Source: Candidatus Omnitrophota bacterium (lineage in GTDB: Bacteria > Omnitrophota > Omnitrophia > Omnitrophales > Aquincolibacteriaceae). From it: DNA of 64,000 nucleotides. Shown one piece after another: positions 9,136-20,223 of this stretch. Under the pieces are notes generated by a model. It was not told the origin of the DNA. It saw only the letters and a list, made by a program, of their open reading frames with translations, and ran no database searches. The position numbers were made by a program, and so were the translations under genes. Positions within the stretch are counted from its first letter, which is position 1, and each line of letters starts with the position of its first letter. Location of the stretch: contig JAHFHF010000002.1 in the NCBI GenBank assembly GCA_023247055.1, forward strand, positions 16,710 to 80,709. Reading direction: 5' to 3'.

Positions 9136-9172
9136 AAACAAAAAGGGCTTACGGCAGAAGCCGCAAGCCCTT
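9136..9172 (-). terminator. Rho-independent terminator downstream of the tRNA
   Basis: On the minus strand AAGGGCTTGCGGCTTCTGCCGTAAGCCCTT followed by TTTTGTTT. Confidence 0.45.
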
Positions 9173-9180
9173 GCTGGGAT

Positions 9181-9483
<303 letters not shown>

Positions 9484-9655
9484 ACGAAATCTCATTTCAG
9501 AGGAAGCGCGGGACTGCTGCGCTTGCCCCGCGACGAAATCTTACTCGACAATCAAAGATCATAGACCTCTCGCGCAGGTAAACTTCCGGGGAAACGAGAA
9601 CCATGCGGAGAGATTTATAGTATAGGCCTGGGAAGGCTCTATTGCAATGAGTTTA

Positions 9656-10039
9656 TTAGCGTGAATCGGGCTGCAAAAGGTCGCTGATTTGCTGCGTTAA
9701 CGCTCTGACGTCAAAGGGTTTACCGATAAGGGCAAATTTACGTTCTTTACTGAGCGGAGCCGGCGGCCGGTCCTGGGCCAGGCTCGACATAAAAATCACG
9801 GGAATTTTAGAATCCAACCCCTCCATCACGAGATCGGTATAAAGGCTGGTGCCGTCTTCTTCACCCAGCACAATGTCCAGCATAAGCAGATCGGGTTTTT
9901 CTTTGCGGATCAATTCGCGGCATTCGATGCCGTTGGTGGCGGAAGAAACACGAAAGCGGTCTTTTGAAAACTGAATGCGGATCAGTTCATGAATGGCCCA
10001 TTCATCATCCACAATCAAAATCAGCGGCTTTTTACCCAT
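9656..10039 (-). CDS. Single-domain response regulator (CheY-like receiver)
   Basis: 127 aa; LILIVDDE...LLMLD receiver motifs. Confidence 0.8.
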   Translation of the reverse strand: MGKKPLILIVDDEWAIHELIRIQFSKDRFRVSSATNGIECRELIRKEKPDLLMLDIVLGEEDGTSLYTDLVMEGLDSKIPVIFMSSLAQDRPPAPLSKERKFALIGKPFDVRALTQQISDLLQPDSR

Positions 10040-10093
10040 ACAGGTCTCCTGCTTTAATTGTACCCGGAAGCTTTAGCGGCGGGAATGAAAATT

Positions 10094-11782
10094 TTAGGCA
10101 GGGCGCGCGGCGGTGTCTTTAGGAAGACCGAGGAAAAAGCCCTGGCCATGGGTGACGCCGGCTTTTTTGACACAGTCTAAATCAGCCTGAGTTTCGATGC
10201 CTTCAGCGACAGTCTCGATGCCGAGACTGGCCGTAATTTTGACGATGCGCTGAAGTGTCCGCTGGAGGGCCTCATCCGACGCCACACCGGTAATAAGGCG
10301 GCGGCTGATTTTGACAATATCCGGTTTTAAAATCACAAGGCCTTCCAGGGCATTGCGGCCGAGCCCCACGCCGGAAAGCGCCACTTTGAATCCCGCGTTA
10401 CGGATTTCTTTGATAGGAGTTTCCAGGTAGCCGGGATCTCCCACAATGTGTTTTTCGCTGAATTCAAGGCAAAGGCGGCTGCCCGCAGCCGATTCACGGA
10501 TATCATGAATGATCCGTCCTGCCGAGAGTTCAACGACAGTGGCGGGAAACAAATTGATCATGACCGCGCCTGGAGTTCGAATGTCCGCAGCGGCTTGCAG
10601 GCATTTTCTAAAACAGGCATGATCGACGGCCGTCATAATGTTGGCTTCATGCGCCAGATAAAAAAAAACGTTGGGCAAATTTGCCTCCGCATGCTGCAGG
10701 CGCGAAAATAATTCATAGCCCCAAAGACTTTTGTGGTCTAGCACCACGATCGGCTGGGCCAGGGTATAAAAGTCCTTGCCTTCGTCCAGCAGTTTAAGAA
10801 TACGCTGGCGTTCATTTTCCGGAAAAGCATGCAGGCTGTTGGGCCCGCTCAACAGGGTAATGCGGTCTTTGCCGCTTTTTTTGCTTTCATAAAGCACGCC
10901 GTGCGTGGCTTCGAGCAAAGAATCGATCGTCGCATTTTTTTCAAACAAGGATACAAGGCCGAGACTGGCCGTGACATGAAAGGCGTTCCCCTGCGGGGCT
11001 GCAAAGGAAGCCCCTGAGATATTGTCTTTGAGGTGATGCGCTACGCGCAGCGCCTCTTCTTCGGACGTGCGCGGCAGCAGCACCAAAAATTCGTCACCGC
11101 CGATACGGGCCACTTTGTCGGTCGTCCGCAGTGAGCCGGCAATGATACGGGCCAATTCCCTGATAACCTGGTCGCCAAAAGCATGGCCGAAAACATCATT
11201 GATTTTTTTAAAATCGTCGAGATCGAGAAAAAAAATGTGTGCCGTCTCGCCGTAACGGTCATCTTGGGCCATCGCCTCTTTGAGTGCGGCCTGAAAACCC
11301 CGGCGGTTGAGCAGGCCGGTCAGCGGGTCTTTGACCACCAACTCCTGTAAAAGGCCGTTATAATCGCGCAGCTGTTGTTTATAACGATGGCGTTCGACCG
11401 CATAACTCAAAACGCGCTCGAGCAGTTCCGTGGTTAATTCGTTTTTAGGAATAAAATCTTCGGCGCCGCGTGAAAGCGCTTCACGAGCGATTTCTTTATC
11501 TTGCAAGCCGGTCAAAATCACCATGGCCAGAAAGGGCGCGGCTTGCCGCAGATTAAGAAAAGTATCCAGCGCTTTGCTGTCCGACAGAAAAAGATCAAGC
11601 AAGACAAGGTCATAGCTGCCTGACTGGGCTTTGGAGGTTCCTTCAGCAAGCGTGGACGCGGTGTCCCAAGTGCAGGAAAAAGCCGTCATTTTCCGCAGGC
11701 TTTTTTCGATAAGCAGGCGGTCATCGGCGTCATCTTCCACGATTAAAACCCGCAGTGCCGTATCCGAAACTAAAAGTTTCAT
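10094..11782 (-). CDS. REC-GGDEF-EAL protein; the GGDEF domain is intact with an RxxD I-site, and the EAL domain is degenerate
   Basis: Start taken at MKLLVSD (ATG 11782-11780), which overlaps the upstream stop (ATGA); RTTDKVARIGGDEF; the EAL region reads ELF with SGVGLG in place of DDFGTG. Confidence 0.85.
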   Translation of the reverse strand: MKLLVSDTALRVLIVEDDADDRLLIEKSLRKMTAFSCTWDTASTLAEGTSKAQSGSYDLVLLDLFLSDSKALDTFLNLRQAAPFLAMVILTGLQDKEIAREALSRGAEDFIPKNELTTELLERVLSYAVERHRYKQQLRDYNGLLQELVVKDPLTGLLNRRGFQAALKEAMAQDDRYGETAHIFFLDLDDFKKINDVFGHAFGDQVIRELARIIAGSLRTTDKVARIGGDEFLVLLPRTSEEEALRVAHHLKDNISGASFAAPQGNAFHVTASLGLVSLFEKNATIDSLLEATHGVLYESKKSGKDRITLLSGPNSLHAFPENERQRILKLLDEGKDFYTLAQPIVVLDHKSLWGYELFSRLQHAEANLPNVFFYLAHEANIMTAVDHACFRKCLQAAADIRTPGAVMINLFPATVVELSAGRIIHDIRESAAGSRLCLEFSEKHIVGDPGYLETPIKEIRNAGFKVALSGVGLGRNALEGLVILKPDIVKISRRLITGVASDEALQRTLQRIVKITASLGIETVAEGIETQADLDCVKKAGVTHGQGFFLGLPKDTAARPA

Positions 11783-12888
11783 GCAGCTCCCTTCGCCGAC
11801 GCCAATGTATTTTGTTTGGGCAGCGTGATGATGAAAGAGGACCCTTCTCCAACCTTGCTTTCGGCCCGGATGTCGCCCTGGTGCGCGGCGAGGATGCCTT
11901 TGCAAATAGCGAGGCCAAGGCCGGAACCCTTTTCGCCTTTTTCTGTTTTTGTGCGGCCAAACTGCCTGAACTTATCAAAAATTTTATCGATCTTTTCCGC
12001 CGACAGGCCGGGCCCGGTATCGCGGACCATGCAGGTCACGTTTTCTGGACCGTCCGTCAACTCGACCTCGACCGAACCTTTAGCTGTAAACTTGAGGGCA
12101 TTGCTGAGCAAATTGACGAAGACTTGTTCAAGTTTTTCTTCATCGGCTGTCACGAAGCAATGTTCAGGCGTCTTCAGTTTGAGCATGAGATTGAGCCGCT
12201 TGGCGTGTTCCTGATAAAAAAGCAGGGTCTTGCGCAAAAGCGCTGCCAGATCAAAATAGGTTTTTTTAAGTTCAATATGGCCGAGTTCAAGGCGGGTTAG
12301 ATCCAGCAGATCATCGATAACATGATTGAGCCGGCCCAGCGTTTTTTTAACCAGCTGCAAGTACTTGGTTTGTTCGCCGTTCAAATTTCCAAAGGTTCCT
12401 TTGACCGTTAAGTCCAGAAATTCTCCGGCCACAATCAAGGGCGAGCGAAGTTCGTGTACGACCATGCTGACAAATTCCGTGCGCATTTTTTCAAGATTAA
12501 AGCGTTCCAGCGCAAAACGGATCACCTGTTGAAACTGGATCTGGCTGATCTTGCCCTTGGTCAAATAATCCTGCGCGCCTTCGCGGATGGCCCTTAATGC
12601 TATAGCTTCATCGTTTAAACCGGAGCAAATGATAATGGGCAGGTGGCGGGCCAAGGTATACATCTGACGGAAAGTCTCAATGCCGCGGCTGTCAGGCAGC
12701 GAAAGGTCGAGAAGAATGACCTGAGTCGGGACTTCTTGCAAAAGGCGCATGGCCTCAGCCAGCGTGCCGGCCACAGCCACTTTAAACATTTGTCCTTCCC
12801 GGCTGCTGCGCTCGAGCATTTTGCGAATAAGGAGAGCATCATCCTCATCGTCATCCACGAGCAGGATATAAATGTCATCAGAATTCAT
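11779..12888 (-). CDS. Hybrid response regulator / histidine kinase (REC-HisKA-HATPase_c)
   Basis: N-terminal receiver (LLVDDDEDD...LLDLSLPD); H-box VHELRSPL; G-boxes DTGPGL and GSGLGL. Confidence 0.85.
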   Translation of the reverse strand: MNSDDIYILLVDDDEDDALLIRKMLERSSREGQMFKVAVAGTLAEAMRLLQEVPTQVILLDLSLPDSRGIETFRQMYTLARHLPIIICSGLNDEAIALRAIREGAQDYLTKGKISQIQFQQVIRFALERFNLEKMRTEFVSMVVHELRSPLIVAGEFLDLTVKGTFGNLNGEQTKYLQLVKKTLGRLNHVIDDLLDLTRLELGHIELKKTYFDLAALLRKTLLFYQEHAKRLNLMLKLKTPEHCFVTADEEKLEQVFVNLLSNALKFTAKGSVEVELTDGPENVTCMVRDTGPGLSAEKIDKIFDKFRQFGRTKTEKGEKGSGLGLAICKGILAAHQGDIRAESKVGEGSSFIITLPKQNTLASAKGAA

Positions 12889-13058
12889 GAAAATTCCCTT
12901 GTATCCTATTTTACGCTACAGATCCCGGCCTTGCCTAGCGCCGATTGCTGTTATCGAACTAAGGCAAACCCCTAGCTCGATCTCAGGAATCCCCTGAGTT
13001 GAAAAAAGAAATTGGCTTTCCCAAACCCCGCTGAAAGTAAGATAATAAAGATTACGTT

Positions 13059-14894
13059 ATGGGGATCTGGCTCAAAAAAATTAGTGCACTCCCTTTTCAA
13101 AGCGGACCCTGGGCCCTCTGCTTCCGCGGGCTGCTCATCGCCGCGATTTTAGTTCCGGTTGCGGGCGTAGGCTCGATCAATTATTTTACAACCCGCGATA
13201 CACTCACCAAGACCGCTATGTCCCGGCGGCAATCAACGGCCTTTCTCGCGGCCGCCACCCTCAAAGAGCGCTTTAAGCGAATGCATGACGTCGCGCAGTT
13301 GGCGCTGGCCAGCCGTGTGCAATTCTATGACATGCTGAAAACCCGGCGCTGGAGCGAGGCCGGCAAACTGCTTAACACGCTGCCATCCGATTTGCCTTTC
13401 GTCGACCGCATTTTGCTGGCAGGCTCTAAAGGCAATATCAACAACGAAACCGGGCTCATCAGCGATTTTGAAGAAAAAGATCCGGATTTTGCCGCTTGGC
13501 GCGAGACCTTGGCCAAAGAAGGCAAACCCTATATTTCAAATATTTACCGTACTGAAGACAATGCCAGCACGCGCAATGTCATTGCCCTGGCCGTTCCTCT
13601 GCGCCCTTCTTCTGTGCAAAATCTGGAAGGTGTTCTGCTGCTCGAAGTCAGCCTTGACACCTTACTGCGATGGGCTCAGGAAATTGATGTCGGGATCGAC
13701 GGATTTCTTTATTTTGTCGACCGTAAAGGGCATGTGGCCGGGCATCCCCAGTATCCTTCGCAAGCAGAAATCATTGATTTTTCTGCGCTTCCGGAAGTCC
13801 AAAAGGTTTTACGCGGAGAAAGCGGCGTCGGGACTTTTCGCAGCCCTGTGAGCAGCGAGAAGCACGTTGTGGCTTATGAGCCTGTCTCCGGTTATGGCTG
13901 GGGCGTCATAGTGGGCCAGCCTGTAAGCGCGGCTTTTGCCGTGCGCAACCATTTCATGAAGCGCCTGCTCTGGATTTACGCCGTCATTTTTGTGCTGGGC
14001 TGCGGGCTGACGCTTTTCATGCTTTACGCTATCCGTATCCGGCGTGAGACTGAAGCAGCGCTCAAAAAAGCGCATGACGAGTTGGAAGTCAAGGTGGATG
14101 AGCGCACGCACGAACTCGCGTGCTCCAATGACATTCTGCGGCATGAAATCAAACGGCGCCAAAATGCCGAAGATTCCTTGCATGATGCGGTCGATAAACT
14201 TAAAGAATCCAATCAGGAACTGGAGCAGTTTGCCTTCGTCGCCTCGCACGACCTGCAAGAACCCTTGCGGAAAATCTCCGCTTTCGGCGATCTTCTGGAC
14301 AAAGTCCAGGGCCTCGATACCGAAGGCCGTGACTATGTTCAACGCATGCGCAGCGCAGCGCTGCGCATGAGCGATCTTATCAAAAGCCTGCTGGAACTTT
14401 CACGGGTGACCTCGCAGGCAAAACCGTTTGAGCCCATTGATCTCAAAAGCGTCATTCAGAACGTGCTCTCAGACTTGGATATGCTGATTGCTGAATCCAA
14501 AGCGTCTGTCAAAATCTTGGGCGACTGGCCGGTGCTGAAGGCTGATCCGATTCAGATCCGGCAGCTTTTCAGCAATTTGATCTCCAACGCGATTAAATTT
14601 CATAAAAAAGATGCGGCGCCGAAAGTCGTGATCACATGCCGTATCGCCGATCAAGAACGTTCAAAATCCGTTTCGATTGATTTCACAGATGAAGGCGTAG
14701 GATTTGATATGCGGTTCAAGGATGAAATCTTTCATCCGTTCCGCCGGCTGCACCGGCGTGAAGAATATGACGGCAGCGGCATGGGCCTTGCCATCTGCTA
14801 CAAGATCGCCGCCCGGCATGGCGCAAAAATTTCGGTGAAGAGCGAACCGGACAAAGGTTCGACATTTACCGTCACCTTCCTAAAAATCTTCTAA
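13059..14894 (+). CDS. Membrane sensor histidine kinase with a periplasmic Cache-like domain
   Basis: Two TM segments flank a roughly 250-aa extracytoplasmic domain; coiled coil; H-box FAFVASHDLQEPLRKI; HATPase_c G-boxes. Confidence 0.85.
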   Translation: MGIWLKKISALPFQSGPWALCFRGLLIAAILVPVAGVGSINYFTTRDTLTKTAMSRRQSTAFLAAATLKERFKRMHDVAQLALASRVQFYDMLKTRRWSEAGKLLNTLPSDLPFVDRILLAGSKGNINNETGLISDFEEKDPDFAAWRETLAKEGKPYISNIYRTEDNASTRNVIALAVPLRPSSVQNLEGVLLLEVSLDTLLRWAQEIDVGIDGFLYFVDRKGHVAGHPQYPSQAEIIDFSALPEVQKVLRGESGVGTFRSPVSSEKHVVAYEPVSGYGWGVIVGQPVSAAFAVRNHFMKRLLWIYAVIFVLGCGLTLFMLYAIRIRRETEAALKKAHDELEVKVDERTHELACSNDILRHEIKRRQNAEDSLHDAVDKLKESNQELEQFAFVASHDLQEPLRKISAFGDLLDKVQGLDTEGRDYVQRMRSAALRMSDLIKSLLELSRVTSQAKPFEPIDLKSVIQNVLSDLDMLIAESKASVKILGDWPVLKADPIQIRQLFSNLISNAIKFHKKDAAPKVVITCRIADQERSKSVSIDFTDEGVGFDMRFKDEIFHPFRRLHRREEYDGSGMGLAICYKIAARHGAKISVKSEPDKGSTFTVTFLKIF

Positions 14895-15005
14895 TCCACG
14901 CCCGTCATCCTGTTTGCCCGCCGACGCTTTAGTGGCTGGATCGAAGCGCCCGCCCAACAGATTGGCGGATCCGCCAGTTTGTGAGGTGGAAAGGATCTTG
15001 CTTTT

Positions 15006-16879
<1,874 letters not shown>

Positions 16880-17470
16880 CTAGGCCCGGTCTTGCGCCAG
16901 ACGGCGCAGAGCTTCAGGATAAATTTCATATTCGGCAGCATGGATCCGGGCTTCGAAAGTTTCGAGCGTGTCATCGGGCAAAAGAGGCACTTTGCGCTGC
17001 AGGATGACCGGTCCGGCGTCCACAGCCGGGGTCACAAAATGCACGGTGACTCCGGTACCGGCTTCAAGCGGCCTTGCTTTGAAGGCATCTGCAATGGCAT
17101 GCCCTCCCGGAAAAGCCGGCAGGTATGAGGGATGAATATTGATCAGCCGGCCTGAATAGCGATTCACAAAATCCGCACTTAAAATCCGCATAAAACCTGC
17201 CAGCGCGATAAAATCAACGGCATGCTTTTCAAGCTCTGCCACAATGGCCTGCTCAAAAAATTCCTTCGAAGCAAATAGATCGCGGTCAATTAGCTTGGTT
17301 TCAACCCCGAGCCGGGCCGCACGTTCCAAAGCTTTTGCGCCCGGCTTGTCGCAAATGACAATCGCGGCTTCATACGGCAAGCGTTGTTCGCGGATCTTCA
17401 GCACCAGATTTTCCATGTTGGTGCCGCCGCCCGAAACAAAAACCGCCAATTTTTTGATGCAAGCATTCAT
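16880..17470 (-). CDS. purN: Phosphoribosylglycinamide formyltransferase
   Basis: KKLAVFVSGGGTN...INIHPSYLP motifs; start moved to the ATG at 17470 (MNACIKK) because the longer track ORF runs through a repeat element. Confidence 0.85.
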   Translation of the reverse strand: MNACIKKLAVFVSGGGTNMENLVLKIREQRLPYEAAIVICDKPGAKALERAARLGVETKLIDRDLFASKEFFEQAIVAELEKHAVDFIALAGFMRILSADFVNRYSGRLINIHPSYLPAFPGGHAIADAFKARPLEAGTGVTVHFVTPAVDAGPVILQRKVPLLPDDTLETFEARIHAAEYEIYPEALRRLAQDRA

Positions 17471-17482
17471 AAATTTTTTTAT

Positions 17483-17583
17483 TTTGTCATTGCGAGGAGT
17501 CTCACCGCTTTTGGGTAGACGACGAAGCAATCTATTTAAGATGGCTTCACCCATCACAAAACTCGACGGTCCGCAATGACAAA
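17483..17583. repeat. TIR-type palindromic repeat (type 2: TTTGTCATTGCGAG ... CGCAATGACAAA)
   Basis: 13-bp terminal inverted repeats plus an internal cgaagcaatct hairpin core shared with the copies at 23128 and 27297. Confidence 0.6.
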
Positions 17584-17595
17584 TGGGGTTAAACT

Positions 17596-18279
17596 TTATT
17601 CAAGGACCGCTTTCTGGTCTTTACCGGCAATCACAATCACAAATTCCCCGCGCGGCGTTTGTTTTTCGAATTTTTTGACAAGTGCGCTTAAACGGCCGCG
17701 GGCAATTTCCTCGAATTTCTTCGTGATCTCACGCGCGACAGCCGCTTCGCGGTCACCAAAAACCTGGAGCGCATCACTCAAAAACTGCGGAATGCGAAAA
17801 GGCGATTCATAAAAAACCAGTGTATCCTCCCTGTCCGCAACTCCGGCCATGACTTTACGGCGCTGAGCGCCCTTGTTGGGTAGAAACCCCAGAAATGAAA
17901 ACTGGTTGACCGCCAGGCCGCTTGCGGCCAGCGCACACAGCAGCGCGCTGGCTCCGGGCAAGGCTTCCACACGCACGCCGCGCCGCAGGGCCTCGCGCAC
18001 CAGCGGAAAACCGGGGTCGGAAATCAGGGGCGTTCCCGCATCGCTCACAAGCGCCAGATTTTCCCCGTGCTCCAAGCGCTCGGCAATCTGCGCCGCGCAC
18101 TGCGGGCCGCTGTGGTCATGAAAACTGATCAGGGGTTTCTTGATTTCATAATGCTGCAGCAGCCGGCCCGTATGGCGCGTGTCTTCACAAATAACGGCGT
18201 CCGCCGATTTGAGCACTTCAAGCGCGCGCAAGGTCACGTCTTTTAAATTGCCGATGGGCGTAGGAACAATCGTGAGCAC
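17596..18279 (-). CDS. rsmI: 16S rRNA (cytidine1402-2'-O)-methyltransferase
   Basis: Tetrapyrrole-methylase fold (VPTPIGNLKD...CEDTR); start reassigned to the GTG at 18279, 4 nt after the ispB stop; the track ORF extends into ispB. Confidence 0.75.
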   Translation of the reverse strand: MLTIVPTPIGNLKDVTLRALEVLKSADAVICEDTRHTGRLLQHYEIKKPLISFHDHSGPQCAAQIAERLEHGENLALVSDAGTPLISDPGFPLVREALRRGVRVEALPGASALLCALAASGLAVNQFSFLGFLPNKGAQRRKVMAGVADREDTLVFYESPFRIPQFLSDALQVFGDREAAVAREITKKFEEIARGRLSALVKKFEKQTPRGEFVIVIAGKDQKAVLE

Positions 18280-18283
18280 AAAC

Positions 18284-19396
18284 TCAGCGCTGCCGTTCGA
18301 GGACGTAATCGAGCAGTTTCTCGAGGCTGTGCTTGGCGGGCGATGCGGGAAAAGGCTGAAGGGCCTGACGGGCCTCGGCGCTGAATTGCCGCGCTTTTTC
18401 AAACGCATAATCCAGGGTTTTAGCGCCGCGAATTTTTTCAAGCAGGGCTCGCAGCCGGCCGGCATCGCCGGATTCAAACACCGCCTGGATCTCCGCTCGC
18501 ACAGACGCCCCGGAGCAAGCCAGAAGACGGATGAGCGGCAGGGTCAAAACCCCTGCTTCGAGATCAGCGCCCAGCGTTTTGCCAAATTCATGCTCATTGC
18601 CGGTAAAATCCAGGCAGTCGTCGACAATCTGAAAAGCCATGCCGAAGGCATGGCCAAAACGGCTGAGCGCTGCCGCTTCCTCAGTGCTGCAGCCGGCATA
18701 ACGCGCGCCCGATTCAAGCGCACAGGCCAGAAGCACGGCTGTTTTCTTGCGGATAATTTCAAAATACTCTTCTTCGGTCAAACCGAAATTTTTATTTTGA
18801 CTCAACTCGTGAATTTCACCGTCGCAGACTTCTGCGGCAGTTTTCAAAAAAAGCGAAAAGACTTCGCGGCTTCCTTCCGTGTGGATAACTTCGAGCGCTT
18901 TATCGTGCAGATAATCCCCAACCAGCACTGCCGTCGGCGCACCCCATTTCACATTGATGGTGGGAATATTGCGGCGCAAATAAGCGGAATCGATAATGTC
19001 GTCATGGATCAGCGTTGCCGCGTGAAAGATTTCATAGGAAGCGGAAAGCCGGACCAAAGGCGGGAATGATATGCCGCCAACAGCGGCATAGACATCGCTG
19101 TCTTTGCCGCCGAGCAAAGGCGAGAATGACACACCGCCAACAGCGGCGTGTACATGACTGTCTTTGCCTCCGTGCAAAGGAGGATGAATTTGCGCGGAAT
19201 AAACCGGCTGTTTTAACGCTGCCCCCAAGAGCGTCAGGGCCGGACGCAGCAGCTTGCCTTTGCCTGAAAAAAAATACTGAATGACTTCGGACGCCAGCGC
19301 ATTGGACGTGCCCAAAACCTCAATCAGCGCGGCCGGAACCTTTTCAATCGAGGCTTCAATCGGAGCATAGATTTCTTCAAGAGTTATGGTTTGCAT
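18284..19396 (-). CDS. ispB: Polyprenyl (octaprenyl-type) diphosphate synthase carrying an in-frame repeat-derived 42-aa insert
   Basis: DDxxD motifs LIHDDIIDS and IVDDCLDF; start taken at the ATG at 19396 (MQTITLEE), which overlaps the fmdB stop (TAATG); the extra segment HGGKDSHVHAAVGGVSFSPL / LGGKDSDVYAAVGGISFPPL lies between the conserved LRPAL and IHxATLxHDD blocks. Confidence 0.8.
   Translation of the reverse strand: MQTITLEEIYAPIEASIEKVPAALIEVLGTSNALASEVIQYFFSGKGKLLRPALTLLGAALKQPVYSAQIHPPLHGGKDSHVHAAVGGVSFSPLLGGKDSDVYAAVGGISFPPLVRLSASYEIFHAATLIHDDIIDSAYLRRNIPTINVKWGAPTAVLVGDYLHDKALEVIHTEGSREVFSLFLKTAAEVCDGEIHELSQNKNFGLTEEEYFEIIRKKTAVLLACALESGARYAGCSTEEAAALSRFGHAFGMAFQIVDDCLDFTGNEHEFGKTLGADLEAGVLTLPLIRLLACSGASVRAEIQAVFESGDAGRLRALLEKIRGAKTLDYAFEKARQFSAEARQALQPFPASPAKHSLEKLLDYVLERQR
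19061..19190. repeat. Two tandem 63-bp copies of the TGTCATTCCCGC-family repeat lying in-frame within ispB
   Basis: Shares the core gaatgaca(c)(a/g)ccgccaacagcggc with the reverse complement of the intergenic 58-bp unit (21057, 29422). Confidence 0.65.
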
Positions 19397-19683
19397 TACT
19401 GACACCCGCCTGGTTTGCAATCTTTGGAAGGTTTCGAGGGTGCGGGACTCGTACCAGCGCCGCCTTTCGTGTCTTTGCTTGCGGCCTCTTTATAACTTTT
19501 GGAGCGGTAATCGGTTTCATAAAAACCACTGCCTTTAAAAAGCACGCCCCCGCCGTGGCCGATGACGCGTTTGACCTTCAACTTGCCGCACTTCGGACAT
19601 TTGCGGATGGGCTCGGCTTTAATGGATTGAAACTGCTCAAAGACATGGCTGCAAGCTTCGCAGCGGTAATCATACGTCGGCAT
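19396..19683 (-). CDS. FmdB-family zinc-ribbon protein
   Basis: MPTYDYRCEAC...CPKCG CxxC pairs; start taken at M5 of the track ORF. Confidence 0.65.
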   Translation of the reverse strand: MPTYDYRCEACSHVFEQFQSIKAEPIRKCPKCGKLKVKRVIGHGGGVLFKGSGFYETDYRSKSYKEAASKDTKGGAGTSPAPSKPSKDCKPGGCQ

Positions 19684-19742
19684 CCATTCCTCCAAAAATA
19701 AAACGTTAGGTTATTTTACGATAAATCCGCGGCACCGCAAGG

Positions 19743-20207
19743 CTACAAACGCGCAGGCGCGCTGGACCATTCCCGCTCCCAAAGGCCATTTTTCCAAGTA
19801 AAACAGGCTGCTCCGGCAGTTTCAAAATCTGTTTGGTTAGACGGGCCGGCCAAGGCCGCCGTGAGTTTGGGTAAAAAAGGCATATGGCTGATGATCAGAA
19901 GTCCGCGCACGCCGCTTTGCTGCGCAGCCTCAATCCGGGCCTTGGCGGCTTCCGCGCCGGCTTCCGGAACAAGGTCCACCTGCGTCTGCAGCCGCTTAGG
20001 GTCAAAACCCAAAACTTCCGCGACGGTTTGGGCCGTCTCAACCGCGCGGGCTTTAGGGCTGTGCCAGATGGCGTCGATTGCGGCCTCCGGACGTTTCAAA
20101 TACCCGGCCATCTTCACGACCTCCGCACGGCCGCGCGGACTCAAATGCATCTCGGGATCAATCGAGGGATGCAGAGCTTCTCCATGGCGCATTAAATAAA
20201 GTTTCAT
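19743..20207 (-). CDS. sixA: Phosphohistidine phosphatase SixA-like (histidine phosphatase superfamily)
   Basis: N-terminal LYLMRHGEA catalytic RHG motif; 154 aa. Confidence 0.75.
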   Translation of the reverse strand: MKLYLMRHGEALHPSIDPEMHLSPRGRAEVVKMAGYLKRPEAAIDAIWHSPKARAVETAQTVAEVLGFDPKRLQTQVDLVPEAGAEAAKARIEAAQQSGVRGLLIISHMPFLPKLTAALAGPSNQTDFETAGAACFTWKNGLWEREWSSAPARL

Positions 20208-20223
20208 AGAACCTCTGGATAAA

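Noticed and set aside
14964-14975. I considered the perfect 12-bp palindrome ggcggatccgcc between the convergent sensor kinase and ftsB as a bidirectional terminator.
   Set aside because: Neither strand has a flanking U-tract, so the evidence is too weak to call a feature.
16880-17557. Long N-terminal extensions occur in the track ORFs for purN (to 17557), rsmI (to 18477), aspC (to 33149), rpsD (to 35268), rpsS (to 45831), rplB (to 46682), rplJ, rplA, rplL and the desaturase at 9098.
   Set aside because: The extensions overlap upstream genes or repeat elements. Internal ATG or GTG codons with good RBSs give products of canonical length, so the shorter coordinates were used.
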